DNA of 64,000 nt from Candidatus Fraserbacteria bacterium (GTDB lineage Bacteria; Bipolaricaulota; Bipolaricaulia; RBG-16-55-9; DRXL01): positions 1-64,000 of the forward strand of contig CAMTVK010000007.1 in assembly GCA_947085185.1 (NCBI GenBank). The letters are read 5' to 3'. This document shows positions 1 through 8,431 of this stretch, one piece after another. Below the pieces are notes generated by a model that made no database searches, was not told the origin of the DNA, and saw nothing but the letters and a program-made list of their open reading frames with translations. The position numbers and the translations under genes are program-made. Within the stretch, counting starts at the first letter, position 1. Each line of letters starts with the position of its first letter.

Positions 1-726
1 TCCAGAGTTCCAGATCGTTAGGGTCGCTTGCACGCTCTGGCCCTTGAAAGCTGCCAACGCTAAGCTCGTCACCGAGAGGCTGAGCATCGGGGTCGTGCTG
101 GTGCACCAGTAGTCATACCCCCATTGGGATGTGCAGAGCTGCGGCCCTTCATAATTGTACCCCTCAGAATAAGCGCCGCTAGTCGTCGCTCCCTCCCCTT
201 CATAGTACATCTGGGCCTGCATCTTGGCTCCCGTTGGCACAGCTTCCCCAGTTGCCTGCCCGCAGGCCGTCGCTTGGATCGCTGGCTCGGCGTCGTCTTC
301 CGGCTCGTCGTCCTTGCCTGCCTTGAGCTTGATCCGCACCTGATGCGCTATCCTCTCGCTCCCCTCAGCAGCTATCCCAAGAATGGCAATCTTGCTCGTC
401 TCGTCAAAGAGCACACGGACCCTCCCCACGCGCTTCCCCTTCTGGTGGAGCCTCCCCTCAAACTGCTGGAACTTGGGCTTCTCCCGCAGCTTGCGCAGCA
501 GCTTCTCCACCTTCTGTACAGGGAGGAATCTGACGACGCGCTCCTGCCCATCCGCGCTGACGTTGAGCGTCTTGTTCCCTTGACGGATCAAGCCCAGCGC
601 CGCTGTCTGCCCGTTGGTGCGCGTCCAAACGAGATGCGCTCCCTGAGACTGCTTGAAGAGTGAACCGACCAGGACCGAGACGAGACCGACGACCAGGACG
701 AGCTTTCCCAAGGAAGCTGGGCGCAT
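1..726 (-). CDS. Secreted or membrane-anchored hypothetical protein, truncated at the window edge; an Ig-like domain probably begins near the edge
   Basis: Not in the ORF track because it has no stop inside the window. Manual translation from ATG 726 is open for 242 codons (MRPASLGKLVLVVGLVSVLVGS...QATLTIWNSG). GGAGG SD upstream and a hydrophobic N-terminus. Confidence 0.8.
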   Translation of the reverse strand, partial: MRPASLGKLVLVVGLVSVLVGSLFKQSQGAHLVWTRTNGQTAALGLIRQGNKTLNVSADGQERVVRFLPVQKVEKLLRKLREKPKFQQFEGRLHQKGKRVGRVRVLFDETSKIAILGIAAEGSERIAHQVRIKLKAGKDDEPEDDAEPAIQATACGQATGEAVPTGAKMQAQMYYEGEGATTSGAYSEGYNYEGPQLCTSQWGYDYWCTSTTPMLSLSVTSLALAAFKGQSVQATLTIWNSG

Positions 727-775
727 GGCTCCTCCCTCTGGGTGGGGATGGGCGTCTTTCTGGGATTTCAGCTCA

Positions 776-804
776 TATATACCACAACCGAGGGGAAAAG
801 TCAA
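776..804 (-). promoter_or_regulatory. Sigma70-type promoter for the 1-726 gene
   Basis: TTGACT (804-799), 17 bp spacer, TATATA (781-776) with an extended TG. Confidence 0.55.
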
Positions 805-924
805 GAGGACGGTAGAAAAATATCGTATAGATCGATGTTTAGGTTTTGCTCCCTTGAACGAGCAAAGGGGGCGGTAGATCGCTCGGCCAATCAGAGCCCA
901 CAACAATTCTGCTCCGATCGAGCG

Positions 925-1578
925 CTATGAGCTCTGATCGAGCTTGGAAAGCCCCACATCTAAGCGCTCCGGCGCTAAAATCCCCCCGGAGACGACCATC
1001 TTGAGCGCCTCGTCCACGGGGATCGCCGTGGGGTGCACGCTCTCCTTTGGAAGAAATTGCAAGAACCCCGACGTGGGGTTGGGCGTCGTGGGGACGTACA
1101 CACGCACCCATTCGTGGCCCTCGCTTGTCTGGATCGTGCCCACCTGGAACGCTATCGTCCACAGGCCCTTGGAGGGAAATTCAACCAAGACGACTCGTTG
1201 AAACGCCTTCTCCTGCGGCTGGGAGAGCGTGCGCACCACTTGACGGGCTGCGTTATAGATACTATTGACGATGGGCATCCGTGCCAGCACTGACTCCCAA
1301 AACTCTAAGAAGCGTCGCCCCAACATATTCGTGGCCAAAACCCCCGTCACATACAGAGCGAGCAACGTCAGCACCAGCCCCACCCCAGAGGGTAACTCCC
1401 ATCTCAGCGTATATCGAAGCATAGCATTGAGCAGCGAGCGCAGCGGGCCATCTAAGAGATTATAGAGCAGCTGCAAGACCCAAATCGTCAATATAACGGG
1501 CACGACGAAGACCACACCCGTCAACATTCTTGAATAGATATGATGCCAGATCCGCCGCAAGAGCGCTGGTGCCTCCAT
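925..1578 (-). CDS. DUF502 family membrane protein
   Basis: N-terminal TM helices and the motifs PIVNSIY, VVLVEFP and VYVPTTPNPTSGF. Confidence 0.85.
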   Translation of the reverse strand: MEAPALLRRIWHHIYSRMLTGVVFVVPVILTIWVLQLLYNLLDGPLRSLLNAMLRYTLRWELPSGVGLVLTLLALYVTGVLATNMLGRRFLEFWESVLARMPIVNSIYNAARQVVRTLSQPQEKAFQRVVLVEFPSKGLWTIAFQVGTIQTSEGHEWVRVYVPTTPNPTSGFLQFLPKESVHPTAIPVDEALKMVVSGGILAPERLDVGLSKLDQSS

Positions 1579-1658
1579 AGCACATCTATTCTACCTAACT
1601 TCTGAGGAAGAGTCATTGCAGCAGCTTGTTCTAAAGCCGAAGTGGGCTTGCTGCAACT

Positions 1659-2966
1659 TCAGAGGATCACCCAGAGCACATAGAGGAAGATCGCCGCGGG
1701 GATGGTCGCAGCCAAGGTGAACGGCAGTCCGATTCTCCCAAACTCCCGAAATCCCAAGATATGCCCGCGCTGGCGCAGCTGCCCCGCCCCAACAATGTTC
1801 GCCGACGCCCCAATGGGCGTGATGTTCCCCCCTAAGCTCGCCGCAATCAAGAGCCCAAAGAGCAACGCTTCTTGCCCTGCCCCCGGAGCAGCGAGCTTCA
1901 TCACCAGCGGGATCATCGCCATCAAGTACGGAATATTATCAACAAACGCCGACACAAGCATCGAGAGCACAATGATCGCTATATATGAGACGAGCACATT
2001 CTCCCCCAACACCAACTTGAGCCGATCAGCAAAGAGATCGATCCAGCCCTTCTCCACAAGTGCTCCGACGAGCGTAAAGACCCCCATCAGAAAGAGCGCC
2101 GAGTCCCAGTCCAGTCTCTGTAAAATCTGCCACGGGGTGTCGGGAAAACGCTCGCGATCGGTACGCCCCAACAGCTCATACCACACCAGCCCACCCAAAC
2201 CCCAGATCATACAGATCGCGCCCAAAAGATCGTGCGCTTGCAACGACGACGCCGTCGCGAGAGCCAATATCATCGTGGCTAAGAAGATCGTGGGTCCCCA
2301 GCTTATAACTTGCTCTTCGGCGACCAGTTCGACTTTCTGGTTGAGATGACGAAACGTCCAATAGAGCACGGGGAGCGACGTGAGAAACCCAAACTGAATC
2401 GCAAAAAAAACCCCAAGCCCCTGCCCCTTGTACCAAAAGAAATCGTTAAACGAAGCATTGGCGTACTCGGCGAAGATCATGCTCGCGGGGTCGCCGATGA
2501 GCGTCGCCGTCCCTTGTAAGTTCGACGAGATCGTCACCCCGATGATCAACGGGACGGGGCTGGTCTTGAGCTTTTCGGCGAGCGCGAACGCAATCGGCGC
2601 GACGATCAAAACAACAGCGACGTTTTCCGCAAAGATCGAGAGAAATCCCGAGAACGCGCAGACCTTGACCATGGCCCAGCAGACGCTGCGCGACCTATTG
2701 ACTAAGCGCTCGGCGACATAATGGGGCACGCGAGACCAAATAAACAGATCTGCTAAGATGAGCGTGCCCACGAAGATCCCCATCACGTTCCAGCTGATAA
2801 GAGACTCTTTGTCAGCTTCGCCCAAGAAGACGAGCGCCGGAGAGACCACGCCGGTCAGCATGAGCACCAATGCCCCGGCGATAGCCGTCCACGAGCGATA
2901 TTTGGGCAACAAGACAAAGAGCCCATACGCACCGATAAAGACAGCGAGCGCAATATAGCGATCCAT
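1659..2966 (-). CDS. ArsB/NhaD/SLC13-type ion or anion permease
   Basis: About 12 TM segments; motifs SSNLQGTATLIGDP, SAFVDNIP and GGNITPIGASAN. Confidence 0.85.
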   Translation of the reverse strand: MDRYIALAVFIGAYGLFVLLPKYRSWTAIAGALVLMLTGVVSPALVFLGEADKESLISWNVMGIFVGTLILADLFIWSRVPHYVAERLVNRSRSVCWAMVKVCAFSGFLSIFAENVAVVLIVAPIAFALAEKLKTSPVPLIIGVTISSNLQGTATLIGDPASMIFAEYANASFNDFFWYKGQGLGVFFAIQFGFLTSLPVLYWTFRHLNQKVELVAEEQVISWGPTIFLATMILALATASSLQAHDLLGAICMIWGLGGLVWYELLGRTDRERFPDTPWQILQRLDWDSALFLMGVFTLVGALVEKGWIDLFADRLKLVLGENVLVSYIAIIVLSMLVSAFVDNIPYLMAMIPLVMKLAAPGAGQEALLFGLLIAASLGGNITPIGASANIVGAGQLRQRGHILGFREFGRIGLPFTLAATIPAAIFLYVLWVIL

Positions 2967-2970
2967 ATTT

Positions 2971-3015
2971 CCCCCTCACCCTTGACGCCCCTCTCCCTCG
3001 AGAGGGGCTGGGGTG
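2971..3015. repeat. REP-like intergenic palindrome (CCCTCACCC...CCCTCTCCC...GAGAGGGG type)
   Basis: Sequence ccccctcacccttgacgcccctctccctcgagaggggctggggtg: inner gcccctctc/gagaggggc stem and outer tcaccc/gggtga arms. Confidence 0.6.
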
Positions 3016-3076
3016 ATGATGAATCGGTCTGTATTCTAACTGAAATTGAGAGAGCGGGGCAAACGTGCCCAGCATC

Positions 3077-3106
3077 TTGACATCACTGACTTGCTTCTCT
3101 TAAGAT
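3077..3106 (+). promoter_or_regulatory. Sigma70-type promoter, probably giving a leaderless mRNA
   Basis: TTGACA, 18 bp spacer, TAAGAT; ATG 3113 follows after 6 nt with no SD. Confidence 0.55.
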
Positions 3107-3112
3107 AAAACT

Positions 3113-3640
3113 ATGAATAACTCTCTTTGGTGGATTATCCTAGCGGTCGGCGCAGTCCTTGCGGGCGTTGTCTTCTTTTTGCTGAATGCGAGCCCGCCCG
3201 CCAGCGGGCCAGCCCCGGAAACGCTCATCCCCGACTCGATAGAAGGCTTTATCTTAGTAGCGAAAGAACCCCGGATCGATCCGGCCTTCCCCGGCGAAGC
3301 CTACTCTTCCCACGCGTTCTACACGCCCGCGCCCAACTCCTCCTGGAGCGGCAAGATCGAGCGGGTGGGGATCACGATCTTCAAGTTCAAAGACCCCACA
3401 AAGATCGCCGAAGCTCGCGGGCTGCTGCTTCAGGGAGTTCAGACAGAGACACTCGATCTTGATGGGCACACGGTGGAGCTTGCTCCTGAGCCTGATGGGG
3501 TTGGGCTCTTCTGGCAGGATGGGGCGCTCTTCATTGCGATCTTCGTCAGCGCTCCGTCGGGAAGCGAAACCGACACCGGGACTCTCAAAGGCGCAGCGCT
3601 TGTCACTGCACGCGCGGTGCTCGCGAAGATCCCGCGCTGA
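3113..3640 (+). CDS. Hypothetical protein with an N-terminal membrane anchor
   Basis: 175 aa ORF with hydrophobic N-terminus, Pro linker and its own promoter. Confidence 0.75.
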   Translation: MNNSLWWIILAVGAVLAGVVFFLLNASPPASGPAPETLIPDSIEGFILVAKEPRIDPAFPGEAYSSHAFYTPAPNSSWSGKIERVGITIFKFKDPTKIAEARGLLLQGVQTETLDLDGHTVELAPEPDGVGLFWQDGALFIAIFVSAPSGSETDTGTLKGAALVTARAVLAKIPR

Positions 3641-3708
3641 ACTTTGAAGATACACTCGGTTTGCTTTATCCTAGAGACATTCAAAGATCAAAAAGGTGAT
3701 CTCACACT

Positions 3709-4794
3709 ATGGTGACGACAGTGCAGACACGAGAGGACGCCGTCAAGCTCTTCCGAGAGATGGGGTTGATCGGTGCCGGCGGCGCCGGCTTCCCCACATA
3801 CTTTAAATATCTCACGCCCACGAAGATCCTCATCGTCAACGCCGAGGAGGGCGAACCCGGCTACGAAGCCGATAAAATCTTACTGATCAGCCAAGCCGAG
3901 GCCTTCGTCGAGGTCTTCGCGGCGCTGAAGAAGATCTTCGGCTTTGAGCAGATCCTCATCGGGGCCAAAGAGAAAGACAAGAAAATTTTGGAGCCCCTGC
4001 GAGAGAAGTACGGCTTCGACATTCGCTATACCCCGAGCATCTATGGCATGGGCGAGGAGAAATGGCTCACCAAGGCCGTCACAGGCATGGAAGTGCCCCC
4101 CGGCAAAATCCCCATCCACGTCGGGGTCACAGTCAACAACGTCGAAACGATTTATAATATGTACCGCGCGCTTTTCCAGGGCCAGCCCGTCACCGAAAAA
4201 TATTGTAACGTCTACGGCGAGGTCGCTAAACAGACCGTAGTCCTTGCTCCCGTCGGGACTTATCTCATAGATATCTTAGCACTGATCGGCGTGGACACGA
4301 CACGGTATAACAAATTAGCCGTGCTCGATGGCGGCCCCCTGATGGGCGATAGAGTCCACGTCGGCGAGCACGCCGTCACCAAGAAGACCAACGGCTTCTT
4401 AGTGATCGAAGCAGCCAAGTACGTCGCCGACCAAGTGAGCTTGCGGCCCCTGCCGGGCCAGCCCGCCCCAACTTGGGATGACACCCTCCCTGAAGCCATG
4501 AAAAAATTGGGACTCGAACGCTACTTGGATTGGCACCCCACGCCTGCAGATGTCTTAGACATTCGTGACAAAGTCACACGAGTCAAGATCTTTATGCACC
4601 AAGACGGCCCTAGGGGCAAGCCAAGCACCCCCATCGTCAAGGTCGGCGACCACGTGAAGATCGGCGACCCCATCGCCAAACCCCTCGACGGCCCCATCAC
4701 CGACTTCAATCTCTTGAGCGTAGCGCATCACGCTTCTATTGAGGGGGTCGTCACGGAAGTGACTGAGAAGTTCGTGCGAATCGAGAAGAAATAA
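3709..4794 (+). CDS. PduS/RnfC-like flavoprotein (Complex I 51K FMN domain + SLBB + C-terminal RnfC barrel) lacking the ferredoxin domain
   Basis: GAGGAGFPT, NAEEGEPG, NNVET and GGPLMG motifs; C-terminal VKVGDHVKIGD...HASIEGVV; only one Cys. Confidence 0.8.
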   Translation: MVTTVQTREDAVKLFREMGLIGAGGAGFPTYFKYLTPTKILIVNAEEGEPGYEADKILLISQAEAFVEVFAALKKIFGFEQILIGAKEKDKKILEPLREKYGFDIRYTPSIYGMGEEKWLTKAVTGMEVPPGKIPIHVGVTVNNVETIYNMYRALFQGQPVTEKYCNVYGEVAKQTVVLAPVGTYLIDILALIGVDTTRYNKLAVLDGGPLMGDRVHVGEHAVTKKTNGFLVIEAAKYVADQVSLRPLPGQPAPTWDDTLPEAMKKLGLERYLDWHPTPADVLDIRDKVTRVKIFMHQDGPRGKPSTPIVKVGDHVKIGDPIAKPLDGPITDFNLLSVAHHASIEGVVTEVTEKFVRIEKK

Positions 4795-4797
4795 CCA

Positions 4798-5355
4798 ATG
4801 GAACCGCAGCGCAAGCGAGGCCTCACCTACGGACGCTTACTGGTGGTGCTGGGCGCGGCGATCGCCCTGGCTCTGATCGTTGCGCTGGTGCAGTCGCTCT
4901 TGCTCGCTTATCAGAAGAGCTTTGACGAGATCACGTTCGCCATGCTCCAGAGGGCTGACTATGACAAGAGCGAGCTGACGCGTGCAGAGCTCGATAGACA
5001 CAACCCAGACACGGGCAAGATCCAGGGCACCGTGATCTACGTCAAGACGAGCGAGGGCAATTACGCCAAGCTTGCCGTTGAGTTTGGATATCGCTTCTGG
5101 AGCCCCAAGCTCCAGTTTGTCATCTATCAAGGGGTCGTCTACGACGAGCGGGGGAACAAGCTGCGCGAGCTGTTCAACGTCTATATACCCCTCAATGTGA
5201 AGTACGATGTTGATGCCGGACTGATGGATACCGAGGGCGCCAGCGCGCTCGGGGTCGATCTAGTGTTTGCCGAGCGCGGCCCGGCAGAGCAGACCCTGAA
5301 AGCCCACAATGGCGCGCTGTTCTATCTCCCCAAAGCCGAAGAGCTGCGCCGGTAA
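4798..5355 (+). CDS. Hypothetical membrane-anchored protein
   Basis: 185 aa with an N-terminal TM; starts 3 nt after the upstream stop. Confidence 0.75.
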   Translation: MEPQRKRGLTYGRLLVVLGAAIALALIVALVQSLLLAYQKSFDEITFAMLQRADYDKSELTRAELDRHNPDTGKIQGTVIYVKTSEGNYAKLAVEFGYRFWSPKLQFVIYQGVVYDERGNKLRELFNVYIPLNVKYDVDAGLMDTEGASALGVDLVFAERGPAEQTLKAHNGALFYLPKAEELRR

Positions 5356-5364
5356 CCAGGGTTT

Positions 5365-5393
5365 TTGCAACGCTCTTCTCTATGCCCTATAAT
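5365..5393 (+). promoter_or_regulatory. Sigma70 promoter of the lipA-pdh operon
   Basis: TTGCAA, 17 bp spacer, TATAAT. Confidence 0.75.
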
Positions 5394-5428
5394 GCTCCAG
5401 ACCCACTATGTCAAGGGAGTGAGGCACT

Positions 5429-6307
5429 ATCGCGGTCACGACACGTACCAAACCCGATTGGCTCAAGATCCGGCCACCGGCGGGCCAAAATTATATCGCT
5501 ATCAAAGAGACGCTGCGCCGATACGGCCTGCACACCGTCTGCGAAGAAGCCCACTGCCCCAATGTGCACGAGTGTTGGGGCGGCGGCACCGCGACACTTA
5601 TGCTGATGGGCGCCATCTGCACGCGAGGGTGCCGGTTCTGCGCCGTCACCAGCGGCCATCCTCAAGGCTTTTTGGACCCACTGGAGCCCTGGAAGGTCGC
5701 TCAGGTGCTCAGCGAGTGGGGCTTAGATTATGTCGTCTTAACGAGCGTCGCCCGAGATGATCTCCCCGATGGCGGCGCGGAGCATTTTGCCAAAACCATC
5801 CGCGCGATCAAACAGAAGACCCCCCAGATGCTCGTCGAGGTGCTCATCCCGGACTTTCGCGGCGATGGAGACGCCCTGAAAAGAGTCGTAGACGCCCGCC
5901 CTGACGTGATCGGACACAATATCGAGACCGTCGAGCGGCTCACCCCTAAGGTGCGCGACCGGAGAGCCACGTATCGGCAGTCTCTTGCCGTCTTAGAACA
6001 CGTAAAGAAGCTCGACCCCACTCGCTATACGAAGTCTTCTCTTATGGTGGGGCTTGGCGAAACAGACGAAGAGATCTTTCAAACGATGCGCGATCTGCGC
6101 GCCGTTGGCGTAGATATCCTCACGATTGGGCAGTATCTGCGCCCCAGCGCAAGGCACTTGGAAGTCGTCGAGTATGTGCACCCGGACAAATTTGCCCGTT
6201 GGAAAGAGCTTGGCGAAGCTCTGGGGTTTCGCTACGTCGCTTCCGGCCCGTTAGTCCGCAGCAGTTACCGTGCGGGCGAGTTCTTCATCAAGAGCCTACT
6301 GAGATAA
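5429..6307 (+). CDS. lipA: Lipoyl synthase (radical SAM); start codon uncertain, ATC 5429 proposed
   Basis: KPDWLK, the auxiliary cluster motif CEEAHCPNVHEC, CTRGCRFC and C-terminal RSSY. The frame is open from 5423, well upstream of the track's GTG at 5564. Confidence 0.92.
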   Translation: MAVTTRTKPDWLKIRPPAGQNYIAIKETLRRYGLHTVCEEAHCPNVHECWGGGTATLMLMGAICTRGCRFCAVTSGHPQGFLDPLEPWKVAQVLSEWGLDYVVLTSVARDDLPDGGAEHFAKTIRAIKQKTPQMLVEVLIPDFRGDGDALKRVVDARPDVIGHNIETVERLTPKVRDRRATYRQSLAVLEHVKKLDPTRYTKSSLMVGLGETDEEIFQTMRDLRAVGVDILTIGQYLRPSARHLEVVEYVHPDKFARWKELGEALGFRYVASGPLVRSSYRAGEFFIKSLLR

Positions 6308-6321
6308 CGTGGAGGGATACG

Positions 6322-7434
6322 ATGGCAGTCAAGGCAGCGATGGCTCAGCGTGAGCCGCTTGTGCCGTTCATCCAGATTCTCGATCCTGAGGGCATGGCCA
6401 ACCCTAACGATGTGGTGGAGCTTAGGCTCAAGCCCCACGATTTTAAGGCCCTCTATCGCTGGATGGTGCTGGCGCGCACGTTCGACGAGCGCGCTCTGGC
6501 ACTCCAACGGCAAGGGCGCTTGGGAACCTATGCCCCGTTGCTCGGCCAAGAGGCCGCTCAAGTGGGCAGCGCCTACGCCCTCAACCCCGAAGATTGGGTC
6601 TTCCCCAGCTACCGGGAGCACGCGGTGCTCGCCATGCGCGGGCAGAGCTGGGTGCAACTGTTGACGTATTGGGGCGGCAACGAAGAGGGCAACCGCATCC
6701 CTGAGGGCATCAGGAATTTTATGATCTGTGTCCCCATCGCCACGCAGATCCTCCATGCGACCGGGGCGGCCTGGGCCGCCAAGATCCGAGGCGAAAGATC
6801 TTGCGCTATCGCGTACTTTGGCGACGGAGCCACGTCCGAGGGCGACTTCCATGAGGGGCTGAACTTCGCGGGAGTCTTCAAAGCCCCTGTGGTCTTCTTC
6901 TGCCAAAATAATCAATATGCGATCTCGGTGCCACGCACTCGACAGACGGCTTCCCAGACCATCGCCCAGAAGGCGATCGCATATGGGTTTGAAGGGGTGC
7001 AAGTCGACGGCAACGATATCTTTGCCGTCTACAAAGCGACGCGCGATGCTCTCGAGAAGGCGCGCGCCGGCGGCGGCCCCACGCTCATCGAGGCCGTGAC
7101 GTATCGGCTCTCGCATCACACGACGGCCGACGACTGGACGCGCTATCGTCCCGCCGAAGAAGTCGAGATGTGGAAACAGAAAGATCCCCTCAAGAGACTG
7201 AGACTCTATCTCGAAAAACAAGGGCTGTGGAGTGAGCAAGAAGAAGCGAAGCTGCTCGAAGAGGCCAAAAACGAGATCGCGCAGGCCGTCGCCCAGTATG
7301 AGGCGCTTCCTAAGCGCGACGTCGAAGATATCTTCAAGTACATGTACGCCGAGATGCCCTGGAATCTCGAAGAACAGCTCCGCGAGCTCAAAGAATACTT
7401 AGCCCAGCACGGCGGCGACCTGCCCACAGAGTAA
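6322..7434 (+). CDS. pdhA: Pyruvate/branched-chain 2-oxoacid dehydrogenase E1 alpha
   Basis: TPP motif GDGATSEGDFHEGLN...QNN and YRLSHHTTADD; GGAGG SD before ATG 6322. Confidence 0.93.
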   Translation: MAVKAAMAQREPLVPFIQILDPEGMANPNDVVELRLKPHDFKALYRWMVLARTFDERALALQRQGRLGTYAPLLGQEAAQVGSAYALNPEDWVFPSYREHAVLAMRGQSWVQLLTYWGGNEEGNRIPEGIRNFMICVPIATQILHATGAAWAAKIRGERSCAIAYFGDGATSEGDFHEGLNFAGVFKAPVVFFCQNNQYAISVPRTRQTASQTIAQKAIAYGFEGVQVDGNDIFAVYKATRDALEKARAGGGPTLIEAVTYRLSHHTTADDWTRYRPAEEVEMWKQKDPLKRLRLYLEKQGLWSEQEEAKLLEEAKNEIAQAVAQYEALPKRDVEDIFKYMYAEMPWNLEEQLRELKEYLAQHGGDLPTE

Positions 7435-7439
7435 CTCTT

Positions 7440-8417
7440 ATGCCCCAGCTCAATATCGTCCAGGCGATCAACGATGCACTCAAGACCGAGATGCGCCGCG
7501 ACCCAACGGTCATCGTGATGGGCGAAGACGTTGGGGTCAACGGCGGGGTCTTCCGCGCCACAGAGAATCTTTATCAAGAATTCGGGCCAGATCGCTCCAT
7601 CGATACGCCGCTCTCAGAAGCAGGGATTGTGGGCACGGCGATCGGAATGGCGCTCAACGGCCTCAAGCCCGTGGCGGAGATCCAGTTCGACGGGTTTATG
7701 CCCCCGGCATTTGATCAGATCGTTTCGCACGCGGCGCGGATTCGTTGGCGCTCCCGCGGGCGATTCCACGTGCCCCTTGTGATTCGCGCCCCTTACGGCG
7801 GAGGCATCCGCGCTCCAGAGCTCCACTCCGAAAGCCCCGAAGCGTACTACGCTCACACCCCGGGCTTAAAAGTCGTCATCCCATCAAACCCCTACGATGC
7901 CAAAGGGCTGCTCATCGCAGCGATCCGAGACCCAGACCCCGTGATCTATCTGGAACCAAAGAGACTCTATCGCGCGTTCCGCGCCGAAGTCCCCGAAGAA
8001 GATTATGTCGTTCCCATTGGGAAGGCGCGCATCGCCCGTGAGGGCTCCGACGTCACGCTCATCGCGTGGGGCGCGATGATGCCCGTCGCGCTGAACGCCG
8101 CGGAGAGCATGATCGCCCAGAACGTCAGCGTCGAAGTGATCGATCTCAGAACGATCGTGCCGCTCGACGTCGAAACGGTCATAGAGTCCGTCAAGAAGAC
8201 GGGACGAGTCGTGATTGTGCACGAAGCGCCAAAGACGTGCGGGTTTGGCTCAGAACTGGCGGCGCTCGTCAACGATAAAGCGTTTGAGTATCTCCAAGCG
8301 CCGGTGGTGCGCGTGACCAGCCCCGATGCTGTCATCCCCCAAGGACGGATGGAAGACTACTATCTGCCCGATGTGGGGCGCTGCATCACCGGGATTGAGA
8401 AAGTGCTCAGCTACTGA
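7440..8417 (+). CDS. pdhB: 2-oxoacid dehydrogenase E1 beta, copy 1 (RAPELHSE loop)
   Basis: MGEDVG, DTPLSE, EIQF and the transketolase C-terminal domain. Confidence 0.93.
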   Translation: MPQLNIVQAINDALKTEMRRDPTVIVMGEDVGVNGGVFRATENLYQEFGPDRSIDTPLSEAGIVGTAIGMALNGLKPVAEIQFDGFMPPAFDQIVSHAARIRWRSRGRFHVPLVIRAPYGGGIRAPELHSESPEAYYAHTPGLKVVIPSNPYDAKGLLIAAIRDPDPVIYLEPKRLYRAFRAEVPEEDYVVPIGKARIAREGSDVTLIAWGAMMPVALNAAESMIAQNVSVEVIDLRTIVPLDVETVIESVKKTGRVVIVHEAPKTCGFGSELAALVNDKAFEYLQAPVVRVTSPDAVIPQGRMEDYYLPDVGRCITGIEKVLSY

Positions 8418-8431
8418 GAGAGTGACTGCCT

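Noticed and set aside
124..663. 179-aa + strand ORF
   Set aside because: Antisense shadow of the minus-strand gene 1-726; no SD and no recognisable motifs.
3709..4794. Annotation as rnfC, nuoF or part of a microcompartment locus
   Set aside because: Domain order differs from RnfC, Fe-S motifs are missing, and no rnf, nuo or shell genes are in the window.
5408..5431. Selenocysteine recoding of the in-frame TGA before lipA
   Set aside because: The TGA is in a non-conserved N-terminal position rather than at a Cys site, and I see no convincing SECIS hairpin after it.
6265..7239. Long antisense ORFs (also 29303..30250, 51311..52102, 53453..54358, 57570..58214)
   Set aside because: They lie opposite well-supported genes and are expected from GC-rich codon bias.
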